This document shows positions 40,399-49,990 of a DNA stretch of 64,000 bases, piece by piece. The position numbers were made by a program, and so were the translations under genes. A model generated the notes under the pieces. The model was not told the DNA's origin. It saw only the letters and a program-made list of their open reading frames with translations, and made no database searches. This DNA is from an uncultured Candidatus Saccharibacteria bacterium (GTDB lineage: Bacteria > Patescibacteriota > Doudnabacteria > UBA920), in the NCBI GenBank assembly GCA_964348935.1, contig CAYGEJ010000003.1, positions 7,287 to 71,286 of the forward strand, written 5' to 3'. Within the stretch, counting starts at the first letter, position 1. Every line of letters starts with the position of its first letter.

Positions 40399-40788
40399 TT
40401 ACTTATTAACGATCTTTAGCATAGCGTACTTTTCATTATTAAAAGTGTTAAAGCCGACCGCTTCAAAAAGATCAACCGCACTCGTTACACTCAATACCTC
40501 AAAAATTTGTAGTTTCTTAGCTTTCTTTAAACAAAGTAAAATTAACTTTTTTCCAATTCCTTGGTGCTGGTACTCTTCTTTCACAACCAAGCTCCTAATT
40601 TCTGCAAGACGCTTTGAATAAACCTCCAAGGCACAACACCCCACCACTTCCCCGTCTGCCAAAGCAACAAAAAACTCCTCAACTTGGGGAAAAAACTTTT
40701 GTACTAACTGTTTTGGATAAAGCTTAATTAACTTTTGAATATTTACCCAATCTGCTTTGGTTGCAGGTCTATAAGTTACTTTCTTCAT
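40399..40788 (-). CDS. GNAT-family N-acetyltransferase
   Basis: 129 aa. QHQGIGKKL acetyl-CoA-binding motif. Confidence 0.7.
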   Translation of the reverse strand: MKKVTYRPATKADWVNIQKLIKLYPKQLVQKFFPQVEEFFVALADGEVVGCCALEVYSKRLAEIRSLVVKEEYQHQGIGKKLILLCLKKAKKLQIFEVLSVTSAVDLFEAVGFNTFNNEKYAMLKIVNK

Positions 40789-41708
40789 CTTCTATCAAGA
40801 TCGTTTAAAGCTTTAACACTACCCGACAAAGTTTTCAATGTTTTGCTTAATTTATCTGTAATAAAATCACCAAGAGCAAATAGTTTTTCGATTTTAGCCT
40901 TGTTTGTTAAATACTTAGGGGTATATATGTAGACTTGATTTCCTATAAATTCCAAATTACAATTCGGCCAATTTTCTAACATCTTAGAAATAAAATCGGG
41001 AGTAAATAATTGCAAAGTTTCTATTTCATACTGCTCTTTGGTATATAAATCAAATTTATTATCTAATTTTTTATCAGTTTTTATTTTTACTGAATTATTA
41101 AAAGTAGCCCTTATACCACCAAAATACTGGCTATCCACCACAAGTAATACTGGAGGTAAACTAAAATTATAAGTTAATCGAATTAAGGTAAATCGTTTAA
41201 ACTCTTTGTGCTTACCGCTACCAATGGTATAAATATAATTAAATAGTTTTACTGGTATTTTATGTAATTCACCACTAAATACATTGGAAACATAAGGACT
41301 ATGGCCAATATTAAACAATGCACACTCTTTATCTTTTATAACCTCTGTTTTTGAATAGGTCAGATTATGGTTTTGAGCAAATTGTTGAAAAAATAAATTT
41401 TCAAATAATAAAGTATACCTTCTATTTACTATTGCAACCAATGTAATTGGTATTCCTAAAATAACCACAAATACACCAATTAAATCTTCCTCAGTCATCT
41501 TAAAATTAGGCATATACCACCAATAAAAAAATAGACTGGTTATCAAGAGCCATGAAAATAAAACAAACCAAAAAAGTCTTTTTTCGTCCAAAGTATAACT
41601 TCCAATAAAAGCTTTATGTGCATCACTGTCCACATCCTCAACTACAAAACCTTCAGGAAGCACAGGCTTTCTGGTGAACATTGAATATATTGTTTTAAAA
41701 AAGCTCAT
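40785..41708 (-). CDS. Membrane protein of unknown function
   Basis: Trimmed to the internal Met (MSFFKT...) to remove a 95-nt overlap with the upstream gene. Has 2 TM segments. Confidence 0.4.
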   Translation of the reverse strand: MSFFKTIYSMFTRKPVLPEGFVVEDVDSDAHKAFIGSYTLDEKRLFWFVLFSWLLITSLFFYWWYMPNFKMTEEDLIGVFVVILGIPITLVAIVNRRYTLLFENLFFQQFAQNHNLTYSKTEVIKDKECALFNIGHSPYVSNVFSGELHKIPVKLFNYIYTIGSGKHKEFKRFTLIRLTYNFSLPPVLLVVDSQYFGGIRATFNNSVKIKTDKKLDNKFDLYTKEQYEIETLQLFTPDFISKMLENWPNCNLEFIGNQVYIYTPKYLTNKAKIEKLFALGDFITDKLSKTLKTLSGSVKALNDLDRR

Positions 41709-41712
41709 TCTT

Positions 41713-42078
41713 TTATATTTTATTTTCTTTTGTCCATTTTTCTTCGAGTCTCCTAACACCCGCTTCGTCAAAGCCAAAATGATGCCCAATTTCATGCCAG
41801 ACCACACGGCGAACTAAATTTGGAATATTAGGTTCTCCACCAGAAAATTTTTCTATAGTTCCTTTCCAAATTGTAATTTTATCTGGTAAAGTTGGCATAA
41901 TCCCATAACTACTTCCGCGGTTAAGCTGAGAAACGCCATGATACAGCCCAAACAAACTATTATTCGGACTTTCCCCTTCCTCTACTATAATTGCTACGTT
42001 ATTAAGCTTGTTTTGAATAGCCTCAGGCAAAGCCTCTACCGACTGAGTTACCAAACTTTCAAAGTCTTCTAGTTGCAT
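41713..42078 (-). CDS. Small zincin-like metallopeptidase-fold protein (DUF1025-like)
   Basis: 121 aa. HEIGHHFG HExxH motif. Confidence 0.5.
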   Translation of the reverse strand: MQLEDFESLVTQSVEALPEAIQNKLNNVAIIVEEGESPNNSLFGLYHGVSQLNRGSSYGIMPTLPDKITIWKGTIEKFSGGEPNIPNLVRRVVWHEIGHHFGFDEAGVRRLEEKWTKENKI

Positions 42079-42680
42079 TATAGATTATATTTAACCATTT
42101 GTTGTTTAAAATCTGGGAAATTTGTATAAAATTCGGCATTAAAACCAAATTCCTTAGCCGAATCTATTGCTGATTGCTCATCATCCAGCACCAACACCTC
42201 GCTCTTTTCTACTTTAGGAATTCTATTATAAGCTTCTTGCCAGAAATTTATATCTGGTTTTAAGTAGCCAAGTTCTGCTGATGGTAATTTATCGTCTAAT
42301 ATATTTTTTAATCCTGCTACTTTCCATAAATATTCAACCCTATATTTTTCATTATTGGTAGAGAGGTAACACTTAATGCCTTTACTTCGCAAACCTAAAA
42401 TATATTCTTTCATTTCTAAATCCACAGTCGCTTCACCACTAAACCAGTAATCCATTATTTCTTCTACTGTGCCAGGCCAGTTCCAAACCGGTATCCACTT
42501 TACAAGCTGTTCTCTTAAATCTTTTTTTCCTAATTCACAGTCAATAAAATCTGTTTTAAAAAAAGATGTTATATTTTCAGGGTCAACTATAATTCCACGA
42601 TCTTCTTTTAACCTTTGACTAAAATATTTAACTCTTTTAATAATAGGCCCATCGCAGTCAAATAATATAACTTTTAACAT
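42078..42680 (-). CDS. HAD-superfamily hydrolase
   Basis: 200 aa. N-terminal ILFDCDG DxD motif and C-terminal LVLDDE motif IV. Confidence 0.6.
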   Translation of the reverse strand: MLKVILFDCDGPIIKRVKYFSQRLKEDRGIIVDPENITSFFKTDFIDCELGKKDLREQLVKWIPVWNWPGTVEEIMDYWFSGEATVDLEMKEYILGLRSKGIKCYLSTNNEKYRVEYLWKVAGLKNILDDKLPSAELGYLKPDINFWQEAYNRIPKVEKSEVLVLDDEQSAIDSAKEFGFNAEFYTNFPDFKQQMVKYNL

Positions 42681-42696
42681 AAATATTTAATTAAAA

Positions 42697-42741
42697 AACC
42701 TGCCACCGCCAGCTGGCGGTATTATGGCAGGTTTTTATCTT
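42697..42741. terminator. Bidirectional intrinsic terminator 3' of secY
   Basis: CCTGCCACCGCCAGCTGGCGG...TGGCAGG stem flanked by A- and T-tracts. Confidence 0.6.
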
Positions 42742-42814
42742 CGAGTAAAATATATAACTTAGCAAATTAGCACACTATATCTGTATTATCAGTTTTTATC
42801 TGTGTATCTGTGGT

Positions 42815-44095
42815 CTAAAAGCCTTCGTAATCATGCATGGTTAATTGGGCTTCAACTTTCTTGATTATTTCTATAACCACAGAAACCACAATGAGCAAAC
42901 TAGTACCTCCAAAAGTTAAGGAAGTCGTACCAGTATAATTTTGCATCACCAAAGGCAAGATAGCAATTACCGCCAAAAAGAAAGCACCAGCTAGGGTAAT
43001 TCTACTTAGAACCATACTTAGAAAATCTGCTGTCTGACCACCAGGTCTAAGACCCGGGACAAAACCGCCATTCTTTTGTACATTGTCGGCAATCTCAGTT
43101 GGATTAAACACAACAGCAGTGTAAAAATATGTAAAAGCCATAACCAATACAAAATAAGTTACGCCATAAAACAATCCTTGAGAGTTAAACAAGGCAATAG
43201 TCTTAGTTGCTAGGTTTGCCAAAACTGGACTCTTTGCACTCAAGAAAAATTGCGCTATCATTGCTGGAAAAAGCATAACAGAAATAGCAAAAATAATAGG
43301 AATTACACCGGCTTGGTTTAATCTTAAAGGCAAATGGGTATTAACACCACCAAAAAGTTTATTTCCTCGAACACGTTTGGCGTACGCAATAGGTATATTC
43401 CTCTGAGCCTCGGTCACCAGCACCACTCCGGCAATCACAATTAACACCATCGCAGCAAAAGCTAAAACCATTGGGAGTTTTGTTGGGTCATACCAGCTTG
43501 TAATAAAACCAAAATTAGCAGGAAGAGAAGCCACAATACCTGCAAAAATAATTAAGGAAACACCGTTTCCGATATCAAATTCCGACATAATTTCACCAAG
43601 CCACATCATTAACATAGTTCCGGCAGTTACAGAAATTAACACTGTAAACCATTGAAAAGGAGTAAAAACACCTAATACCGAAGCACCGCCCTGGCTTTGT
43701 AAAAGTCTAATTGTACCAAAAGCCTGAAGTGGTGCCAAGGCTATGGTTAAATAGCGAGTATATTGATTTATTTGAGTACGTCCGGCTTCGCCACCTTCTT
43801 TTTGCATTTCTACTAAAGATGGTATAACAATAGTTAACAATTGCATTATAATAGAGGCCGTAATATAAGGACCAACGCCTAACATGGCAACTGAAAAGTT
43901 GGTTAGACCACCACCGGAAAAAATATCCAATAAATTAAAAAATTGGCTTTGGGCAAAATAACTCTTAAGTCCGCTAACATCTATACCCGCAATCGGCACA
44001 TGGGCCAAAACTCGGGTTAAAAATAAAAGACCCAACACAATTAAAATTTTATTGCGAAGGTCTTTAGTTTTCCAAATTAAAGAAATTTTGTTCAT
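42815..44095 (-). CDS. secY: Preprotein translocase subunit SecY
   Basis: 426 aa, 10 TM segments, typical N-terminus and order after rplO. Confidence 0.95.
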   Translation of the reverse strand: MNKISLIWKTKDLRNKILIVLGLLFLTRVLAHVPIAGIDVSGLKSYFAQSQFFNLLDIFSGGGLTNFSVAMLGVGPYITASIIMQLLTIVIPSLVEMQKEGGEAGRTQINQYTRYLTIALAPLQAFGTIRLLQSQGGASVLGVFTPFQWFTVLISVTAGTMLMMWLGEIMSEFDIGNGVSLIIFAGIVASLPANFGFITSWYDPTKLPMVLAFAAMVLIVIAGVVLVTEAQRNIPIAYAKRVRGNKLFGGVNTHLPLRLNQAGVIPIIFAISVMLFPAMIAQFFLSAKSPVLANLATKTIALFNSQGLFYGVTYFVLVMAFTYFYTAVVFNPTEIADNVQKNGGFVPGLRPGGQTADFLSMVLSRITLAGAFFLAVIAILPLVMQNYTGTTSLTFGGTSLLIVVSVVIEIIKKVEAQLTMHDYEGF

Positions 44096-44166
44096 TTTGA
44101 TAGCGATTAGTATTTAGTAATTAGCGATTAGCCACTATTCCCTATTCGCTTATCGCTATAGGCTTT

Positions 44167-44601
44167 TTATAAAATTTTACCGCCGGCTTTTTCAACAGCT
44201 TCTTTAACAGAGGCTGAAACCGGAAGTTTAATAGAAAGCTTCTTTTTGATTTCACCTTTAAGAACTTTAACTTTAGTAACAGCACCATCCACAATTCCTT
44301 TAGATTTTAAGGATTGCAAGTTAACTGTATCACCATCGTTAAAAATATTCAAACTTGAAAGATTAACAGCGGTAGCTTTGACATTCAAACCTCTAAAACC
44401 GCGGGATTTAGGCAACTGCCTTACAAGTGGTTGGCGTCCACCTTCAAAAGTCGCTGGCATTTTACTGTGACCAGTACGTTTGGTTTGACCCTTGTTACCA
44501 CGAGTGGAATAAGTACCTTTTCCGCTACCCAAACCACGACCGACAACTTTACGGCGATGTACTGATTTTGGATTTTTCTTGAGTTGATGTAATTTGATCA
44601 T
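44167..44601 (-). CDS. rplO: 50S ribosomal protein L15
   Basis: 144 aa. GRGLGSGKG motif. Confidence 0.9.
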   Translation of the reverse strand: MIKLHQLKKNPKSVHRRKVVGRGLGSGKGTYSTRGNKGQTKRTGHSKMPATFEGGRQPLVRQLPKSRGFRGLNVKATAVNLSSLNIFNDGDTVNLQSLKSKGIVDGAVTKVKVLKGEIKKKLSIKLPVSASVKEAVEKAGGKIL

Positions 44602-44692
44602 AAATGTTACGAATACGAATTATTACGAACTTACGAATTTTGCACAAACTTAGTTTCGTAAGTTCGTACATGTTCGTACTTCGTAAAGTTAA

Positions 44693-45193
44693 TTACTTTC
44701 TCATCTTTGCTAAGGTTTCTCTGCTCTTCATTTTACTAAAAGCAGCGAATACAGCTTTAACATTGTTAACTTTGTTGTTAGAACCAAGCATTTTTACCAC
44801 TACGTTCTTCACACCGGCTAACTCCATAACAGAGCGAACCGCACCTCCGGCAATAACACCAGAACCAGGTTTAGCAGGTTTCATCATTAAACTGCTGGAC
44901 TTATACTTGATATTTAATAAATGAGGTATAGTCTCGTTAACCAAAGGAAGGGTGACCATGTTTTTCTTAGCAGCATTTACAGCTTTATTCACACTTTCAG
45001 AAACATCAGCTCCTTTTTTTAAGCCCATTCCTACTTTACCTTTGTGGTCACCAATAACAACTAACGCACGAAAACGCATACGTTTACCACCAGCTACGAC
45101 ACGGGTAACACGCTTAACTTCCACCACTTTCTGGTCGAATTCGCTTTTTTCTCGGCCTTCGCCTTCACGTTGTTGTCTTCTTCGTTTTTCCAT
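44693..45193 (-). CDS. rpsE: 30S ribosomal protein S5
   Basis: 166 aa. Conserved VVAGGKRMRF region. Confidence 0.95.
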   Translation of the reverse strand: MEKRRRQQREGEGREKSEFDQKVVEVKRVTRVVAGGKRMRFRALVVIGDHKGKVGMGLKKGADVSESVNKAVNAAKKNMVTLPLVNETIPHLLNIKYKSSSLMMKPAKPGSGVIAGGAVRSVMELAGVKNVVVKMLGSNNKVNNVKAVFAAFSKMKSRETLAKMRK

Positions 45194-45215
45194 AAAATAT
45201 AGTTGTAAGTTCTAA

Positions 45216-45569
45216 TTAAAATTCAAGTCCGCCTTCACGGGCGCCTTCTGCTAAAGATTTAACTCTTCCATGATATGGGAAACCACCGCGGTCAAACTTT
45301 ACAGCTTTAATGTTCTTTACCATGGCTTTGGTAGCGATCATTTTACCAACTTCTTTCGCAACATCGCTCTTCTTACCCTTGGTCTTTACCTCGGCACTGG
45401 AAGCGGCGACTAAAGTTTTACCAGCTGTATCATCTATTAACTGAGCGTAAATATGCCTGTTTGCTTTAAAAACTGCAAGTCTTGGTCTCTCGGCAATACC
45501 AACTACCCTGCTACGAACTCTTTTGTGGCGGATTGCAAGTTTTAAATTTTTCTGCTTGTTCTTGTTCAT
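45216..45569 (-). CDS. rplR: 50S ribosomal protein L18
   Basis: 117 aa. [14 protein letters not shown] region. Confidence 0.9.
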   Translation of the reverse strand: MNKNKQKNLKLAIRHKRVRSRVVGIAERPRLAVFKANRHIYAQLIDDTAGKTLVAASSAEVKTKGKKSDVAKEVGKMIATKAMVKNIKAVKFDRGGFPYHGRVKSLAEGAREGGLEF

Positions 45570-45651
45570 ATGTTTTAGTTAAAAGTTCTAAGTTGTAAAG
45601 TTCTAAGTTGTAAGTACTTACTACTTACCAACATACAACTTACTACTTGAT

Positions 45652-46206
45652 TTATTTTCCGCCTCCGACCACTTTCACTACTTTACCAGCTTTTCTTAAA
45701 ATGACTTCGTCGGAATATTTAATACCTTTTCCTTTGTATGGCTCAGGTTTTTTGAGTTCGCGAATTTCAGCAGCGAACTGTCCGACCTGTTGCTTATCTG
45801 CTCCTGTAATAGTAATAGTATTTTTATCTACAACAACAGTTATTCCAGTTGGAATATCAACTTCTACCGGGTGAGAAAAACCTAATGCCATAACAATCTT
45901 GGTTCCTTGAGTGGCTACCTTAAAACCTACCCCAACAACTTCCAACTTTTTTTCAAAACCTTTAGTTACTCCTTCAACCAAGTTCTGAATTAAAGCGCGG
46001 AATAAACCCCAAAGAGCTTTCTCCTTCTTGTTTTCCTTACCTTTGACATCTACTAAAATTTCTTTTTCATTTACAACAACTTCCACTTTTTCATGGATAG
46101 GCAATATTAAAGTTCCTTTAGGACCAGTTACGGTTAAGGTAAGATCTTTCTTCACAGCAGTGACTCCGGAAGGAAGCATTACAGGTTTTTTTCCAACTCT
46201 AGACAT
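45652..46206 (-). CDS. rplF: 50S ribosomal protein L6
   Basis: 184 aa. MSRVGKKPV N-terminus. Confidence 0.95.
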   Translation of the reverse strand: MSRVGKKPVMLPSGVTAVKKDLTLTVTGPKGTLILPIHEKVEVVVNEKEILVDVKGKENKKEKALWGLFRALIQNLVEGVTKGFEKKLEVVGVGFKVATQGTKIVMALGFSHPVEVDIPTGITVVVDKNTITITGADKQQVGQFAAEIRELKKPEPYKGKGIKYSDEVILRKAGKVVKVVGGGK

Positions 46207-46293
46207 AAATGTAATTTAGGGACTATAACTATAATTTATAACGATAACAATTAATTGTTAGAGTTATGTTTATTGTTATTGTTAATTAATATT

Positions 46294-46686
46294 TTACCAA
46301 ATCTGACAAACGACTTCTCCACCAACCTTAGACTTGCGGGCTTGTCTATCTGTCATTAAGCCTTTAGAAGTAGAAACCACAGTTACTCCATATCCGCTGT
46401 TCGTTCGAGGAATTTTATCTGAAGCCAAATAAATTCTTTGACCGGGCTTACTCACTCTTTTAATACCTGCTATTACAGACTCACCACTTTCAGTATATTT
46501 TAAGTTAACTTGAAGCATTTTATGGGTACCGGTTACTTCATTAACACCAGCCACAAAACCTTCTTTAAATAGCAATTGAGCTAAGTTAGCTTTGAATTTT
46601 GAAAATGGTAAAACTAGCTCAGTTTTCTGGGCAGCGGCCGCATTGCGGATGCGAGTTAACATGTCGGCTATTGGGTCTGTGAACAT
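46294..46686 (-). CDS. rpsH: 30S ribosomal protein S8
   Basis: 130 aa. DPIADMLTRIRNA N-terminus. Confidence 0.95.
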   Translation of the reverse strand: MFTDPIADMLTRIRNAAAAQKTELVLPFSKFKANLAQLLFKEGFVAGVNEVTGTHKMLQVNLKYTESGESVIAGIKRVSKPGQRIYLASDKIPRTNSGYGVTVVSTSKGLMTDRQARKSKVGGEVVCQIW

Positions 46687-46710
46687 AGTATTAGTTAAAA
46701 TTTAAATTAA

Positions 46711-46905
46711 TTACCAGGAAGCTTTTACAACGCCGGGAATTTCTCCCTTACTTGCCAGCTCTCTAAAACATATACGGCACATATCGAAATCTCTCATATA
46801 GGCAGCTTTACGTCCACACTTCCAACATCTTCTAATAAGCCTAGTTGAAAATTTAGGTTTAATTCTGCTTCGCTTGGATTTTGCAATTTGTGCTTGTGTA
46901 GCCAT
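46711..46905 (-). CDS. rpsN: 30S ribosomal protein S14, short zinc-binding type (S14Z)
   Basis: 64 aa. CxxC...CxxC zinc motif. Confidence 0.9.
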   Translation of the reverse strand: MATQAQIAKSKRSRIKPKFSTRLIRRCWKCGRKAAYMRDFDMCRICFRELASKGEIPGVVKASW

Positions 46906-46911
46906 ATTTTT

Positions 46912-47451
46912 TTACTTCTTAAAAGGAAATCCCATTTGTGTTAATAATTCTCTTGCTGGCTCATCTTTACCAGCGTTTGTTACTATCGATACTTCTAGAC
47001 CAAATACATTTTCTAAACTTTCTGAGGAAATTTCAGGGAAGAACAATTGTTCTTTAAGTCCCAAGTGGTAGTTACCGCGTCCGTCAAAACTGTTCTTTGG
47101 CACTCCTTGAAAATCTCTGACGCGAGGAAGTGCAATATTGATTAACTTATCCAAAAAGCTATACATTCTATATCCTCGGAGCGTGCAAACCACACCAACA
47201 ATTTGATTCTCTCTGACTTTAAATCCGGCAATTGATTTTCTGGCTTTAGTCTTTACAGGAGTTTGTCCGGTAACCTTCTTTATATCTTCAACAATCAATT
47301 CAATCTTTTTCTTATCGTCTTTGAATTTACCAACGCCAACAGTAACCATGACTTTAACAATTTTTGGCACTTCCATAACATTCTTAAAGCCAAACTTCTG
47401 TTTTAAAGCTGGTGCAATCTTAGTATTAAATTGTTCCTGTAATCTTTCCAT
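46912..47451 (-). CDS. rplE: 50S ribosomal protein L5
   Basis: 179 aa, conserved L5 core. Confidence 0.95.
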   Translation of the reverse strand: MERLQEQFNTKIAPALKQKFGFKNVMEVPKIVKVMVTVGVGKFKDDKKKIELIVEDIKKVTGQTPVKTKARKSIAGFKVRENQIVGVVCTLRGYRMYSFLDKLINIALPRVRDFQGVPKNSFDGRGNYHLGLKEQLFFPEISSESLENVFGLEVSIVTNAGKDEPARELLTQMGFPFKK

Positions 47452-47474
47452 AAATCTATTCTATAAAAATTATT

Positions 47475-47798
47475 TTATACTGCTTTACCGCTGGCTTTTG
47501 CAATTCTTTGCTTATTACCATTTTCCAAAAAAGTATAGTTAACACGGGAAGGATTTCCGGAATGCGGGTCAACAAGCATAACTTTCGATATTGGTAAACC
47601 GCCAAAGAAAGTTACCTTTTTGCCTTTTTCACCAGCTTTTTTTGCACGTTCAAACTTGGTGTGCAAATTTACGTTCTCAACCACAAGCTTGCCAATCTTA
47701 GGCATAACTTTTATAACTTTACCTGTTTTACCCTTATCTTTTCCGGAGAGAATTTTAACGGTATCGCCTGTCTTAATTTTTAGTCTAATGTTATTCAT
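47475..47798 (-). CDS. rplX: 50S ribosomal protein L24
   Basis: 107 aa, KOW motif. Confidence 0.9.
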   Translation of the reverse strand: MNNIRLKIKTGDTVKILSGKDKGKTGKVIKVMPKIGKLVVENVNLHTKFERAKKAGEKGKKVTFFGGLPISKVMLVDPHSGNPSRVNYTFLENGNKQRIAKASGKAV

Positions 47799-47799
47799 A

Positions 47800-48192
47800 T
47801 TAAATTACTTCAGGGGCTAATGATACAATCTTTTTAAATCCGTCCTCAAAAGCACCTTTAGCTTTTTCACGAATTTCACGAGGAATAGGTCCGAATATAC
47901 GAGTACCTTTTGGTTCACCTTTTTCTTTATCCACCAATACACCGGCATTTTCATCAAAGCGAATGTAAGAACCATCTTTTCTACGAATTTCTTTGCGCAA
48001 TCGAACAATTACAGCATAAACCTTATCACCTTTTTTCAATGTGGAAGTTGGAGATACTTGCTTTACAGATCCTGCTACTACGTCACCAATACGAGCAAAA
48101 CGGTTGCTATTTTTTCCGTTAACAGAAAAAACGTTGACGATTTTTACGCCGGTGTTATCTGCTATTTTAATCCATGATCGTACTTGTAACAT
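47800..48192 (-). CDS. rplN: 50S ribosomal protein L14
   Basis: 130 aa. IRFDENAGVL...GTRIFGPI...IVSLAPEV. Confidence 0.95.
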   Translation of the reverse strand: MLQVRSWIKIADNTGVKIVNVFSVNGKNSNRFARIGDVVAGSVKQVSPTSTLKKGDKVYAVIVRLRKEIRRKDGSYIRFDENAGVLVDKEKGEPKGTRIFGPIPREIREKAKGAFEDGFKKIVSLAPEVI

Positions 48193-48277
48193 ATTGTTTT
48201 AAATTTATCAGCTTGTCAGCTATTCAGTAAATCAGTATTACTGATTCGCTGAGCAGCTGACGAGCCTATTTTCTATA

Positions 48278-48526
48278 TTAAGCTTTGCTAATTACTTTAA
48301 ACTTCTTATCTTTGCTAATAGGTCTAGTAGATTCAATAATAACCCTGTCTCCTTTGTGGTATTCATTGGTCTCGTCATGTGCCTTAAACTTCTTGGAAAC
48401 AGTATAAGATTTCTTATATTTATTATGACGCTTTCTCATATCAACTTTAACCACAACGGTCTTATCCATTTTATCGGATGTAACCAAGCCGGTCATTTGT
48501 TGTTTTTTAGGGGTTGTTGTTGTCAT
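48278..48526 (-). CDS. rpsQ: 30S ribosomal protein S17
   Basis: 82 aa, conserved core. Confidence 0.9.
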   Translation of the reverse strand: MTTTTPKKQQMTGLVTSDKMDKTVVVKVDMRKRHNKYKKSYTVSKKFKAHDETNEYHKGDRVIIESTRPISKDKKFKVISKA

Positions 48527-48530
48527 ATTC

Positions 48531-48725
48531 TTACTTGCTATTTACTGTTTGATGAAGATAAGTCATGGCTCTGGCAATATCTTTCTTAACTGCTTTGAGC
48601 TCGTTAGTATTCTTTAATTGATTCAACTTTATTTTAACTGCTAAATCATGAGCCTTCCCTCGAAGTTCAGTAATCATATGCTTGATTTCGGATTCAGATT
48701 TAGATTTAAATTCTTTAAATTCCAT
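48531..48725 (-). CDS. rpmC: 50S ribosomal protein L29
   Basis: 64 aa helical protein in the expected position. Confidence 0.85.
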   Translation of the reverse strand: MEFKEFKSKSESEIKHMITELRGKAHDLAVKIKLNQLKNTNELKAVKKDIARAMTYLHQTVNSK

Positions 48726-48814
48726 ATGTATTAGTTACTAGTTTCTAGTTGCTAGTGATTAGTAAAAAGTTGCTAAGATTCTAGCCACTTATCACTAACC
48801 ACTAGTCACTTGTC

Positions 48815-49231
48815 TTAACCTCTGTGTTCCTTTACTAAAAATCTTGATTTCACTGGTAATTTGTAACTGGCGAGCCTCATAGCTTCCTGTGCCTGTTCTT
48901 TAGTTACGCCATCCATTTCAAATAAAATTCTACCTTTTTTTACAACGCTGACAAAGTGGTCAACTGCACCTTTACCTCCACCCATAGGGCTTTCGTTACC
49001 GTGTAAAGTTACAGGCTTGTCTGCAAAAATTCTAATCCAAATTTTTCCACCCCTTTGAACATAACGTGTCATTGCTCTTCTAGCTGCTTCAATTTGACGA
49101 GCAGTAACCCAAGAGCTTTCCATGGCTTTAAGAGCAAATGTACCGAAGGCAATCTCTTGCCCGGCAGTTGCTTGACCATAGGTATGACCGCGGTGATGTT
49201 TGCGGTGTTTAAGTTTTTTAGGGATGAACAT
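48815..49231 (-). CDS. rplP: 50S ribosomal protein L16
   Basis: 138 aa, typical N-terminus. Confidence 0.95.
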   Translation of the reverse strand: MFIPKKLKHRKHHRGHTYGQATAGQEIAFGTFALKAMESSWVTARQIEAARRAMTRYVQRGGKIWIRIFADKPVTLHGNESPMGGGKGAVDHFVSVVKKGRILFEMDGVTKEQAQEAMRLASYKLPVKSRFLVKEHRG

Positions 49232-49253
49232 ATAGTAATATTAAAATCTACAA

Positions 49254-49934
49254 TTATTTAACTTTTTCTTCTTTAACTACTTTTCCATTTGGAATTCTTC
49301 TTTCAAAGATATCCCCTTTATAAATCCAAACTTTAATTCCGACTGTGCCATATGTGGTAAATGCTGTACTTCTGGCAAAATCTATATTAGCTCTTAAAGT
49401 ATGTAATGGAATTTTACCTAAAGACAAATGCTCAGTTCTGGCAATATCAGCTCCGTTCAAACGTCCGCCAATAGCGACTTTAGCACCTTTTGCTCCAGCA
49501 TTCATTATTTGCTCCAAGCTTTGCTTCATCAATCTTCTAAAGGCTACGCGTTTTTCCAACTGCTCAGCTATTCCGTTTGCAATAACCAGGGCCTGTAAAT
49601 TAACATCTCTTATTTCTTCTATGTTTACTTTCAATTCCTGTTTAATTCCAAGCTTGGTCTTAATCTTCTTTTTTAACTCTTCAATCCCAGCTCCACCTTT
49701 ACCAATAATTATACCAGGTTTGGTGGTCTTAATAATTACAGTGATTGTTCCGTCATTAAGTCTTTCAATATCAATTCTAACTAAACCGGCCTTCTTTAAA
49801 TGCAATTCCAAGTACTCTCGGATTCTTACATCTTCTTTTAATTGCTTAGCGTAACCATTCTTAGAAAACCACTTGGATTTCCAGGTATCAGTAATCTTTA
49901 CGCGTAATGAAGTTGGATTTATCTTATGTCCCAT
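49254..49934 (-). CDS. rpsC: 30S ribosomal protein S3
   Basis: 226 aa, KH domain. Confidence 0.95.
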   Translation of the reverse strand: MGHKINPTSLRVKITDTWKSKWFSKNGYAKQLKEDVRIREYLELHLKKAGLVRIDIERLNDGTITVIIKTTKPGIIIGKGGAGIEELKKKIKTKLGIKQELKVNIEEIRDVNLQALVIANGIAEQLEKRVAFRRLMKQSLEQIMNAGAKGAKVAIGGRLNGADIARTEHLSLGKIPLHTLRANIDFARSTAFTTYGTVGIKVWIYKGDIFERRIPNGKVVKEEKVK

Positions 49935-49990
49935 AATTTAGTTAGTTTAGTTAGTTAGAGAACAGGTTCTCTAATAATCTCTGCTGTTGT

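Noticed and set aside
41713-41807. 95-nt overlap between ORF 40785..41807 and ORF 41713..42078
   Set aside because: It is resolved by using the internal Met (start at 41708) for the downstream gene. The N-terminal 33 codons are probably not translated.
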